Of a stretch of 57,643 nt of DNA, positions 43,089 through 51,572 are shown in pieces. This DNA comes from Bacteroidaceae bacterium (lineage in GTDB: Bacteria > Bacteroidota > Bacteroidia > Bacteroidales > Bacteroidaceae). The stretch spans positions 1 to 57,643 of the forward strand of contig JAZPZS010000001.1 in the NCBI GenBank assembly GCA_045544835.1, in the 5' to 3' direction. Both the position numbers and the translations under genes were made by a program. Within the stretch, counting starts at the first letter, position 1. Each line of letters starts with the position of its first letter. The notes under the pieces are model-generated. The model did not search any database. It was not told the origin of the DNA and saw nothing but the letters and a program-made list of their open reading frames with translations.

Positions 43089-46000
43089 TTATTTTACGAT
43101 TACTTTATTACCATTTACTACATATACTCCGCAGGGCAAGATTATGGTGCTCTTTCCGGCCTCCACTGTAGCCTGACGCACAAGTCTTCCTGTAGCAGCA
43201 TAGATGCTTACCGCAGTATCGGTACCGCACTCTACCACCACAGCACCTTCTGTGCCATATACCCGGAATGTGCCTATAACTGTGCCATCAACGTATGTGG
43301 CATCACTACGCATCAGTACGTTGACAGCAGGAGCACGGTTCTCCAGACCATCTACCGAAGCAAAGAGTCCATCGGTAAGGACAACCTCAGCATCGGCCGA
43401 CAACTCATTGGAGGTGTTCAACACAAGGTTGAGCAACGCACCTCCATCGTTGTTGAAGGAAGCATTGTCCATAGCGTATGCCACGACACGTATGGTACCA
43501 TCAGACAAGGTGTTCCATGCCATCGTATGACTCGCCTTTGCACGTCCTGTGAGTGCAACATCGGCAATCTCTACGCCAGCGGGGAGCTGCACATCCAGCT
43601 GGAAGGCACTATAGTCCTCGCCATTGCACAGCGCTACAGGAAGGACTACGCCACCATTGCTCATAAACTCAAGGTCACAGGCGTTGAGTACCGGCATTGA
43701 CACTTCACGGCGCAAGTCACGGCGTACAGGAGCCTTAGAGGAACTTTCGGTGAGCACTAAGTGCAATACGCCTACGACATCTACCATCGTAATTTGGCCA
43801 TCACCATTCAGGTCTGCAGCATTGGCGTTGAAGTTCTTCTGCTCCTTCTCCAATACGGCGTTAACCGTCATCACCACGTCAATCATCGTTACGTTTCCAT
43901 CGCTGTTGACATCACCGGGCAGGGTGTTCTCAACGGTCAGTGTGGCGGTATGATCAGCGCCCAACTTCTCCGTATCATTGCCTTCTTCATCCTTCGTCAC
44001 CATGCGGATGTTACGCATAGCGATTACATAATCGCCCTCGTCCACATCATCAATAGCTACTGCAACATTGACAAGCACTCCGCTATTGCCCACGAATGAT
44101 GCATTGGAAGTCGAGTAAGCTGCTACTCTCAAAGCACCATCAGCTTGAGGCTCAACGGCAAGTACGTGACTGCTCTTCGAGCGGTCCTTGTTGAATGCGA
44201 TGTCGTAGAGCACCTCATCATCCTCCATAGTAGATACCACAGAAACGCCTTCGGGCAGATACAGGTCAAACTGGAATGCGTTCACCGCTGTAACATTATC
44301 CATCTCGATGGGGATATTCACTACGCTGGAAGCGCGACCCTTCACATCCTGCGCCTTCATGGCGTAGTCAGTAGAGATTACAGGAGTGTCCTCAATCACA
44401 GTGAAATCAAGATTATCATATCCATTCTCCACGCCATCCTCAGTTAAGAACATACCATTGTAAAGCCACCAGAAATATCGGCCAGCAGTAGTAATAGGAG
44501 ATTCCAGTTCTAATATTACGGTCTTCTTGTCTTCGCTAATGGTCACATCCTTCTTGATACTTGTCACAGGAGTATTACGAAGGTCCACGATTGTCAACCC
44601 CTCAGTGGGCATATTTACTTCGACAATCTCTCTGTCGAAGTTCAGCACAATTGTTTCGAGCTTACTAGATTCTCTTGGAGAATAGCTTACCAGAGGGAAT
44701 GTTTCGTAGATTGTGAAAGTGAGAGTCGTCTCGGGGAACACCTCGCCATCGACACTCTTGATAGCACCTGCCGGAATGGTGTAGGTATAGGTGTCTGCAG
44801 TGGCGATCCGTTCGTATGTTCCCTTCTCATCCAGGAAGTGCAAGAATATATGAGAACCATTTGTATTCTCGACCACGATGCCTTCCCTTATGGTAAATTC
44901 CTTACCCGTATTGATGCCTCTAACAACGATACCACCCTCGGGAAGCGTAAAGATTACCTCCTCATTGAACGATAGCTTAAGGTACTCTGCCATTGGTTCA
45001 GGAATCTCACTATCGGGAGTAACGCCTACAAGCTGCAACGAAGGAACTGTATCGGTCTGTGCGGGATATTCACGGATGTACCATGCCGAAGGAGTATCGA
45101 GACCACCATACCAAGACACGATGCCTGAACTGATACCAAAGACACCTCCGTAATCACCGATGCTATCGCTCGGAACGCCCTCATTGTGGTCGCCGGCATG
45201 AACGGTGTGGATGTTGCCTCCACCATATTCATTCTCCACTCTGAATTTGAGACCGAACTGGCCTACACCGAGACAAGTCAGGTATACCGTACATGGCTGT
45301 TCGGCCAAGTGGAACTTCGCACTGTCGTTATAACTTGCATAAAGCCCTGTGGCAACATTCTTCACATTGTAGAAATACTGAGTCTCCGATATCGTCGTGC
45401 CATTACCAAGGTTTATATCCATATTCCAAGAGAGGTGTACGCCACTGTCGCCCAATACGGGTTCGAAGACGAACTCCTGCTGCAAGCTGTCGGGACAAAG
45501 ATCTCCCCACCAAAGTGTGTTGTCAGACGCATTGATTGTAATCGCCTTTTCTACCGACTGCAATTCGTAGAATGCGGGAAGGGCCGACACGATGCGGTAT
45601 GCCTTGCCGGGCTCGGGCAGACGGAAGGTCTTGTCGCTTGACTCGAACTGTTCGACAGCCTGTGACAGTTCGGCAACCATCGCCTCACACTCAGCCTCAG
45701 AAGGTTCGCCAAGCAACAATGCCTCGGCCTCGGCAATGGCATCGAGCAGATAGCTGAAGTCCTCTACATAATAACCCAGTTCGGAGCCTGAATAGGGGTT
45801 GTATCCCTTGGCCCTGTTGAGCAGCACCTCCAATGCATCACGATGAGGAGTGTCGGCTATATCGATTACCATCACGGCAGGGAAGGTCTGTTCTTGACCG
45901 ATTATGTTACCATTCTCAACGGAGTAGGCACGGGAAAGCATTCTGAAACTGAACGCATCGTAGCCACCGTCGGGGAGCGTTATCTGGAGGTAGTGATCTC

Positions 46001-49000
46001 CAGCAGGCATGTTCTCCCATGCAGAGTGGAAGTATGTTTGTGTGCTGCCATCGAAGAGAGCTGGGATGCCGCCACCATCCAGATGATTGGGGTTCAACGT
46101 GTTGTGGTCGGCATTAGAGGTGACATTCTCTTCGGTCAGCTCTATTCTGTTTCCATCACTATCATAGAACTCCAGTTCTGAGAGGCAGAAGTACTTGTCT
46201 CCCCTACCATTCCAATTTACCGTCATGCGGAAAGTCTCCACCTTATCTTCGAAACGATACAACGGGGAGGTATAACCTACAATTCTATTATCTTCGTCAT
46301 ACATCGTTGCACCCGTAATCCAACCGCTCAAGCCAGAGTAGTAATTGATTGGCATGATGGCATACTTTGTATACTCTACTGCTGTCACATCACGATAATA
46401 TGCTGCGGGAGTTTCAACGGCTCCGGTGGAATCAGTGCCATGAATCACGTTGCTCACACAGAAATCGCTGATAGTAAAGGTCCCGTCTTCAAGGCGAGTG
46501 ATGGTCAACGGAGCATTGGTAAGATTTGTATCGGTCAGACGGAAACAGCCCCTATCTTCACGATAGAACGTTAGGTATGCTCCCTCACCGGGATCAATCA
46601 CGGCTTTGCTGGGATCATCAGTTGAGGGAGTAAGCTGGATACCGCCATCGTCATTGGGCTCAATCACCCCATATCCGACAATTTCGGTGATAACATATCT
46701 ATCCGTTTCCTGATAGTATACCACCTCCATGGCAAACTGTTGGTATCCGATAAAATCATCGCTGAGCACTTCGAATTCTTCGGCTCTCACCGTATATATC
46801 CCCGCCCAGTTATAGGCTTCAGTGACAGTTGTGTCGGGGACAACGGGGGTATCGGGCAAAGCACCAACGTATGAAAGTTTCACATTGTCAAATCCTACCC
46901 AGTTAGCCCCAGAGTTTACACACTTGACGCCAATGGTCAGTTCGCCTGTAGTAACAGCAGCACTTTCCACGGTGAAGATTTCGGGGACACCGTCGTATGT
47001 AGCTACAGCAACAGAATTGTCGCCTGCAAAGAGGTAAACACCCGTAGCAGCCGCCTTTTCATCTGTAGCATGCTGGCGGGTAGCATTGACAGTCGCGGTT
47101 ACACTATAGATACCTCGGGGAAGGTTACCGATTGTCTGATAAGCCGAGGTGCTACCAAGACCACCGGTATAGGGCACCCATTTCTCCTGGAATTTGTTTA
47201 GTACAGCATCGCCATTTGTATATGAACCACTTTGATATGTCCAGCCACCTTCCCAGCCATCGACAATATTACCGGTAGTCTCCCCATCCATGTTAGGATT
47301 AACTACCAAGAAGGTATAGTCGAATGAGAAGCCCTCGGCAGGAACAGCGTTCAATACGTATGCCTGACGTGCAGCCTCCATCTCGGCTACCTTAGCCTCG
47401 AGTTCGGCAACAGTTGTTACAGAGTATACATTGAGAGCAGCGGTGAGTGCATCTTCGAACGCCGTTCTAACTTCATCTGAGTTTGCGGTAGAGTTATCCT
47501 GAATGTCATACATCGCCAGCTTGGTAGATGCGAATGTGCCCTCGTAGTATTCCAACACGGGCTTCATCTCGGCCATTGAGGTGGCCATCAGCTCCATAGC
47601 GGCTTCTACATCGGTCTTGAGTACCTTCTCGCCTTCAGAAATAGCATAGTTGAGCGGGTCTACTACAGCCATCACCTCTGACCACTTCTCCTGCACAGCG
47701 TTGAGACTATACATAGTCATGTTGTTTTGGCCAAATGCTAAGAAAGCCTCGGCCTGTGCCATAAAGTTGTCCTTGAGGGTAATCTTCTTCTCGAGTGTCA
47801 AAGCACCTACAATGAACCAAGACCTTATTACATCAAATGTCGTCTCATAACCTATGTTCAAAGTGGTCTCTTCGGTAAGTGTAAACTCAAGAACATTATC
47901 AAACGTTTCATCTGCGTAAAGTGCATCGGCTCCGGCAGGGAATTCGTCGGCCGTGCCGTTAGCACTTCCCAAGGTCTTAACCAGAACCTTGTTGTCACCA
48001 GCAATAAGGTAACCGAGAGACTTGCTTGGATTATCCTGTGGATTTTCACCTTGACGGAAGAATGCTTTACCTGTCAAACGATAAATGCCAGCTGGCAGAG
48101 TCACTTCCTGTTTCAGATAGCCTTCAGTTCTTGCCAGAGAGTTCCAACCTGCATAGAACTCCGCAGCTTTAAGACTTACATCAAATTTGTTATCATATTC
48201 CAAGCCTGTAACAGTCCACCCCTCCTTTGAGGACAAGTCTGCATTCACTATATTGTCTGTAGCATCTCCCCAAGAACCACCAGTGAGGTCATAATCCTCG
48301 TCATTCCCAGGAGTGCTGGGCAACTCATAGTCAGGACCGTATGTGGTTCCTACGTATGTGAACTTCCAGGCACTGGTTGAGCTGGCCGAGAAGATTCCCT
48401 GAGAGGGGAGAGTTACTCCTGACTGCGATGCCCAGATTGCGAATTCCGTATCCTCCTCACGGAACATAAGGAAGAGGCCGTCATCGGCAATGTTCTCAGT
48501 AGTTTCTGCTATTCGGATGTAGGCAACGTCATAGAAAACCTCCATGAAGAGGTTGCCGGTAGCAAGGTTTCTGATTACCACCTTGTCGGTAACACCTACG
48601 ATGGTATCGGTCATATCAAATGCCCAGAGCATAGTCTCATCACTGCTGTCGGTTGCTTTCCATCTGGGGTACTGACCTCCATCATCATAGATGGACATGC
48701 CTGCTGCGTAGTCGTTGACACCATCAATGGTGAACACGGGCAGGCACTTGCTTGCTTCGAAGGCTGCGATGAAGTGCTCGACAGATGCAGCGGTAGCAGT
48801 GTCTGAGCCGACGATTGCCGAAAGGTCTTCATAAGCACTTGTTCCATATTGGCCGAGGGCGGGCTGCGACGAATGATTGTCGGCATTGGCAGCCAGCAGT
48901 TCCTGTGCCTGAGCAACTAAGTAGGTCTTTCTTGCTCCTTCGGGGTCGGCAAGTATCGCCATGGCTTCGGCGGCATCGAAGTCGCCGGCCTCGGCAATGA

Positions 49001-51020
49001 GTACGGCATTACCGTTGTCGATGGTTCCCCAGCTGTCAACAGTCATCTGGCCTTGATTGCCCAGATTGATGTAAGCATCTGAGTAATCTCTGAAGCGCAC
49101 CTGCACACGGCCGGTCTCTATGGATGAGGCATCGGCAAACGCAATGGCATCTCCCACGTAAGGAACCAATGAGGCATCCTCTGCGACAAACTTCTTGGCA
49201 CTCACGCTGTAGAGATAATAATCTGTACCGTTTGCCGAAAGGATAGCAAACTGCTGGCGAGCATCCGCAGCATCAATGCTCAGTCCCTCGGTGCTTGTAG
49301 AGGAGAATATCGTGCCCTCAGCATCTACAGCCCATGCACCGCGACCAGCCGTGTTGATGGTGTAGCACTTGGTGGGGTCGGCATCGAAGAGTGAGGTCAC
49401 AGGACCTGAGGGTGTCTCAGGACCGACAGGCAGATCGAGGATTTCGTATGTGGTACCTACGAACGTGAACTTCCACGCTGAAGCGGAGTTAGCCGACTGG
49501 TCGTTCCAGCGCACGACACTCTTTCTTCCTTCATCGGCGTGTACGGGGTATCCCACACCTTCGGTGTAGAACAGGAAGAGTCCGTCATCGGCTATGCCCT
49601 CGGAGGTCTCTGTCACCTGTACGAAGGATGCTCCCCAGAAGAGGTTTCTGGTAGCCAGGTTCTTGACCACGACCTTATCGGTAACGCCAACAACGGTTTC
49701 GTTCATATCGAATACCCAGAGCATGGACTCGTCGGTACGGTCCGTCTCTTTCCAGAGCAGGCTGCCATCCACGTTTTCGTAGATTGACATACCGGCGGCA
49801 TAGCGGTAGACACCGTCGATGGTGAATACGGGCAGGCACTTGGCTGCCTCAAAGGCTGCGATGGCCTCTTCGAGCTCCTCCTTGGTGAGATTCTCATCGT
49901 CGGCCACTGCGGCCAGGGCTTCATAGGCCGATGTAGAATACTGACCGATGGCCGGAACCGATGAATGGTTGCCTGCATGGGCTGCCACGAGCTCCTTGAC
50001 TTGGGTCTTAAGGGCTTCCAGCTCCATCTGCTCGCCAGTCAGGAGCATAGCCAGGGCTTCGCCGGCATCGAAGTCACCGGTTTCGGAGATCAGCACCGCA
50101 TTGCCGGCATCGATGGTACTCCAGCTATTTATAACCAGACCCTCCCTTTCATTTACATTGACATAGGATCCGCCGAAGTCCTTGAAATATACCATCACGC
50201 GGCCTTCCCCTACGACTGAGGCATCAACGAACTCAATAGCGTCGGCAATGCCTGCGACCAGGGTGCGGCCTTGCTTGATGAACTTCTTCGCACTTACACT
50301 GTAGAGATAGTAGTCCTCATCATTCAATGAGAGGATGGCAAACTGCTGGCGGGTATCGGCGGGGTCGATGTCAAAGCCCTCGTACCCGGTAGATGAAAGC
50401 ATCGTAGCGTCGGCGCTCACTGTCCATGCTCCGCGGCCAGCCGTGTTGATGGTGTAGCATTTGGTGGGGTCGGCATCGGCCAGACTGGAGATACTCGGCT
50501 TCACCTCCGGTGCTTCGGGAGGATAGGTGCCCGTATACGGCTCTATCACGAATACGGAACCTGCGTCATTGGCAGCATAGGTGGTGTAGGCATCGTTGTA
50601 CGTGAACTCATTCCAATATTCCGAACTCTGCGTATTGCCCTTGGGGCAGATACAGAGTCCGGTAGTCCCGTCACCATAGGGAGTGACCCCGATGGTCCAT
50701 TCAATGCCGGCATCCGTCCACGAGGTCACGCTGGCCACCTTCTTCGTGGTGGCGGCGTTGTGGATGTAGCAGGCCTCTGCCGTTCCCGTGAAATAGAACA
50801 ACGACGCCAGTGTAATGTCATTGGCATCCCTGAGACCTACGTTGTCGCCTGCGTAGTACAAATACTTGCCCGATGTGGAGCGCGTGTTACTGATGGTGTA
50901 GAACACGGGATTCTCCAAGTCCGTAGACATCTGGGGCAGAGCGGTAGCACCCTCGGCTCTTACCGCAATGCTACATAGCAGCGTGGCTACCATGAGCAGG
51001 AAGTGTCTTGCGTTTTTCAT
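43089..51020 (-). CDS. Giant (2643-aa) multi-module T9SS cargo protein with F5/8-type-C-like, cohesin-like and dockerin modules
   Basis: The start is set at MKNARHFLLMVATLLCSIAVRAEG (ATG 51018-51020). It contains a tandem 364-aa duplication, jelly-roll/helical modules collinear with giant protein 1, and a discoidin-like module. The tail reads cohesin-like, dockerin, cohesin-like, T9SS CTD ('...ILPCGVYVVNGNKVIVK'). Confidence 0.85.
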   Translation of the reverse strand: MKNARHFLLMVATLLCSIAVRAEGATALPQMSTDLENPVFYTISNTRSTSGKYLYYAGDNVGLRDANDITLASLFYFTGTAEACYIHNAATTKKVASVTSWTDAGIEWTIGVTPYGDGTTGLCICPKGNTQSSEYWNEFTYNDAYTTYAANDAGSVFVIEPYTGTYPPEAPEVKPSISSLADADPTKCYTINTAGRGAWTVSADATMLSSTGYEGFDIDPADTRQQFAILSLNDEDYYLYSVSAKKFIKQGRTLVAGIADAIEFVDASVVGEGRVMVYFKDFGGSYVNVNEREGLVINSWSTIDAGNAVLISETGDFDAGEALAMLLTGEQMELEALKTQVKELVAAHAGNHSSVPAIGQYSTSAYEALAAVADDENLTKEELEEAIAAFEAAKCLPVFTIDGVYRYAAGMSIYENVDGSLLWKETDRTDESMLWVFDMNETVVGVTDKVVVKNLATRNLFWGASFVQVTETSEGIADDGLFLFYTEGVGYPVHADEGRKSVVRWNDQSANSASAWKFTFVGTTYEILDLPVGPETPSGPVTSLFDADPTKCYTINTAGRGAWAVDAEGTIFSSTSTEGLSIDAADARQQFAILSANGTDYYLYSVSAKKFVAEDASLVPYVGDAIAFADASSIETGRVQVRFRDYSDAYINLGNQGQMTVDSWGTIDNGNAVLIAEAGDFDAAEAMAILADPEGARKTYLVAQAQELLAANADNHSSQPALGQYGTSAYEDLSAIVGSDTATAASVEHFIAAFEASKCLPVFTIDGVNDYAAGMSIYDDGGQYPRWKATDSSDETMLWAFDMTDTIVGVTDKVVIRNLATGNLFMEVFYDVAYIRIAETTENIADDGLFLMFREEDTEFAIWASQSGVTLPSQGIFSASSTSAWKFTYVGTTYGPDYELPSTPGNDEDYDLTGGSWGDATDNIVNADLSSKEGWTVTGLEYDNKFDVSLKAAEFYAGWNSLARTEGYLKQEVTLPAGIYRLTGKAFFRQGENPQDNPSKSLGYLIAGDNKVLVKTLGSANGTADEFPAGADALYADETFDNVLEFTLTEETTLNIGYETTFDVIRSWFIVGALTLEKKITLKDNFMAQAEAFLAFGQNNMTMYSLNAVQEKWSEVMAVVDPLNYAISEGEKVLKTDVEAAMELMATSMAEMKPVLEYYEGTFASTKLAMYDIQDNSTANSDEVRTAFEDALTAALNVYSVTTVAELEAKVAEMEAARQAYVLNAVPAEGFSFDYTFLVVNPNMDGETTGNIVDGWEGGWTYQSGSYTNGDAVLNKFQEKWVPYTGGLGSTSAYQTIGNLPRGIYSVTATVNATRQHATDEKAAATGVYLFAGDNSVAVATYDGVPEIFTVESAAVTTGELTIGVKCVNSGANWVGFDNVKLSYVGALPDTPVVPDTTVTEAYNWAGIYTVRAEEFEVLSDDFIGYQQFAMEVVYYQETDRYVITEIVGYGVIEPNDDGGIQLTPSTDDPSKAVIDPGEGAYLTFYREDRGCFRLTDTNLTNAPLTITRLEDGTFTISDFCVSNVIHGTDSTGAVETPAAYYRDVTAVEYTKYAIMPINYYSGLSGWITGATMYDEDNRIVGYTSPLYRFEDKVETFRMTVNWNGRGDKYFCLSELEFYDSDGNRIELTEENVTSNADHNTLNPNHLDGGGIPALFDGSTQTYFHSAWENMPAGDHYLQITLPDGGYDAFSFRMLSRAYSVENGNIIGQEQTFPAVMVIDIADTPHRDALEVLLNRAKGYNPYSGSELGYYVEDFSYLLDAIAEAEALLLGEPSEAECEAMVAELSQAVEQFESSDKTFRLPEPGKAYRIVSALPAFYELQSVEKAITINASDNTLWWGDLCPDSLQQEFVFEPVLGDSGVHLSWNMDINLGNGTTISETQYFYNVKNVATGLYASYNDSAKFHLAEQPCTVYLTCLGVGQFGLKFRVENEYGGGNIHTVHAGDHNEGVPSDSIGDYGGVFGISSGIVSWYGGLDTPSAWYIREYPAQTDTVPSLQLVGVTPDSEIPEPMAEYLKLSFNEEVIFTLPEGGIVVRGINTGKEFTIREGIVVENTNGSHIFLHFLDEKGTYERIATADTYTYTIPAGAIKSVDGEVFPETTLTFTIYETFPLVSYSPRESSKLETIVLNFDREIVEVNMPTEGLTIVDLRNTPVTSIKKDVTISEDKKTVILELESPITTAGRYFWWLYNGMFLTEDGVENGYDNLDFTVIEDTPVISTDYAMKAQDVKGRASSVVNIPIEMDNVTAVNAFQFDLYLPEGVSVVSTMEDDEVLYDIAFNKDRSKSSHVLAVEPQADGALRVAAYSTSNASFVGNSGVLVNVAVAIDDVDEGDYVIAMRNIRMVTKDEEGNDTEKLGADHTATLTVENTLPGDVNSDGNVTMIDVVMTVNAVLEKEQKNFNANAADLNGDGQITMVDVVGVLHLVLTESSSKAPVRRDLRREVSMPVLNACDLEFMSNGGVVLPVALCNGEDYSAFQLDVQLPAGVEIADVALTGRAKASHTMAWNTLSDGTIRVVAYAMDNASFNNDGGALLNLVLNTSNELSADAEVVLTDGLFASVDGLENRAPAVNVLMRSDATYVDGTVIGTFRVYGTEGAVVVECGTDTAVSIYAATGRLVRQATVEAGKSTIILPCGVYVVNGNKVIVK
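43092..43271 (-). other. T9SS C-terminal sorting domain of giant protein 2
   Basis: The sequence is 'TFRVYGTEGAVVVECGTDTAVSIYAATGRLVRQATVEAGKSTIILPCGVYVVNGNKVIVK'. Confidence 0.8.
43272..43700 (-). other. Cohesin-like module 2 of giant protein 2
   Basis: The sequence is 'GGVVLPVALCNGEDYSAFQLDVQLPAGVEI...TIRVVAYAMDNASFNNDGGALLNLVLNTSNELSADAEVVLTD'. Confidence 0.6.
43755..43922 (-). other. Type I dockerin module (two EF-hand-like Ca-binding repeats)
   Basis: The sequence is 'LPGDVNSDGNVTMIDVVMTVNAVLEKEQKNFNANAADLNGDGQITMVDVVGVLHLVL'. Two D-x-N-x-D-G-x-(I/V)-x-x-x-D loops are each followed by a helix, which is the canonical dockerin duplication. Confidence 0.85.
43923..44369 (-). other. Cohesin-like module 1 of giant protein 2
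   Basis: The sequence is 'VKGRASSVVNIPIEMDNVTAVNAFQFDLYLPEGVSVV...ALRVAAYSTSNASFVGNSGVLVNVAVAIDDVDEGDYVIAMRNIRM'. Confidence 0.6.
45852..46259 (-). other. F5/8 type C (discoidin)-like module
   Basis: The sequence 'FCLSELEFYDSDGNRIEL...IPALFDGSTQTYFHSAWENMPAGDHYLQITL...FSFRMLSRA' has the 'FDG..T.(W/F)HS.W' pattern of discoidin domains. Confidence 0.6.
48339..50477 (-). repeat. In-frame tandem duplication of a ~364-aa (1092-bp) unit within giant gene 2
   Basis: The motif 'DADPTKCYTINTAGRGAW' starts at ORF-track residues 214 and 578. Both units continue through 'QQFAILS..DYYLYSVSAKKF', 'CLPVFTIDGV..YAAGMSIY' and 'SAWKFT(F/Y)VGTTY'. Confidence 0.9.
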
Positions 51021-51371
51021 GACTATAAGACTTAAAGTTAATAAAAGATTGGTTTCTCTCTTGCCTATAAGTCCTCCAAAGTCAGCGGTAATAATGTGTT
51101 TGACTACCAGATACAAGAAAAGCGCAAGGACTTGTCGAGCTCATCGAAAATCTGGTATCGCCAAACACCGTGAAGAGAATGAACCGAGAAACAAATACCT
51201 CACGCTGTCGTATATACCTTCGTGGGGTACAGCACAGGCCGTACACGGTGTATACAAACAGAATGAGCGCATCGTTGTTCTCACCCCTCTTCGTTGAAAT
51301 TGGCGATTTCGATTTCCGGGTAAAAGCAAGAAACGCTTTCTTGACCCGAGGATTTCTTCCCTCAGGTGCTA

Positions 51372-51379
51372 CAAAATTA
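51372..51379 (-). promoter_or_regulatory. -7 box TAATTTTG, candidate promoter of giant gene 2 (about 350-nt leader)
   Basis: The plus strand reads caaaatta within a recognisable copy of the promoter cassette (gaaaaagcaagttatcttgtatttttt). The ATG is at 51020. Confidence 0.45.
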
Positions 51380-51456
51380 GTACATATCAAATGAAAAAGC
51401 AAGTTATCTTGTATTTTTTCTGAGGTGTCGTTCCATTTAAATCTATGGACAACAGC

Positions 51457-51496
51457 AAAATCGGGTCTACCCTCCGTGCGTGGAGGGTAGACCCGA
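51457..51496 (-). terminator. Rho-independent terminator of nadB
   Basis: A perfect 15-bp stem TCGGGTCTACCCTCC/GGAGGGTAGACCCGA has a 6-nt loop and is followed on the minus strand by TTTTG. Confidence 0.7.
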
Positions 51497-51544
51497 TTTG
51501 AAAAAACGGTAGACCCAATTTTTCTCGTGGGTAGACCCAATTTT
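51486..51544. repeat. Three direct repeats GGTAGACCC(G/A)ATTT with exact 22-bp spacing
   Basis: GGTAGACCC starts at 51486, 51508 and 51530. The first copy forms the right arm of the nadB terminator. Confidence 0.8.
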
Positions 51545-51572
51545 CCTTATGGCACCTTCACTTCACCGTGCC

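Noticed and set aside
51021-51116. N-terminal extensions suggested by the ORF track for several genes: giant gene 2 to 51116, argS to 12832, rnhA to 10992, etfB to 16970, purD from 23955, and 1820 for the small T9SS protein.
   Set aside because: The extensions run through intergenic repeats or promoter boxes and precede canonical family N-termini or signal peptides. Internal ATGs give the expected protein starts.
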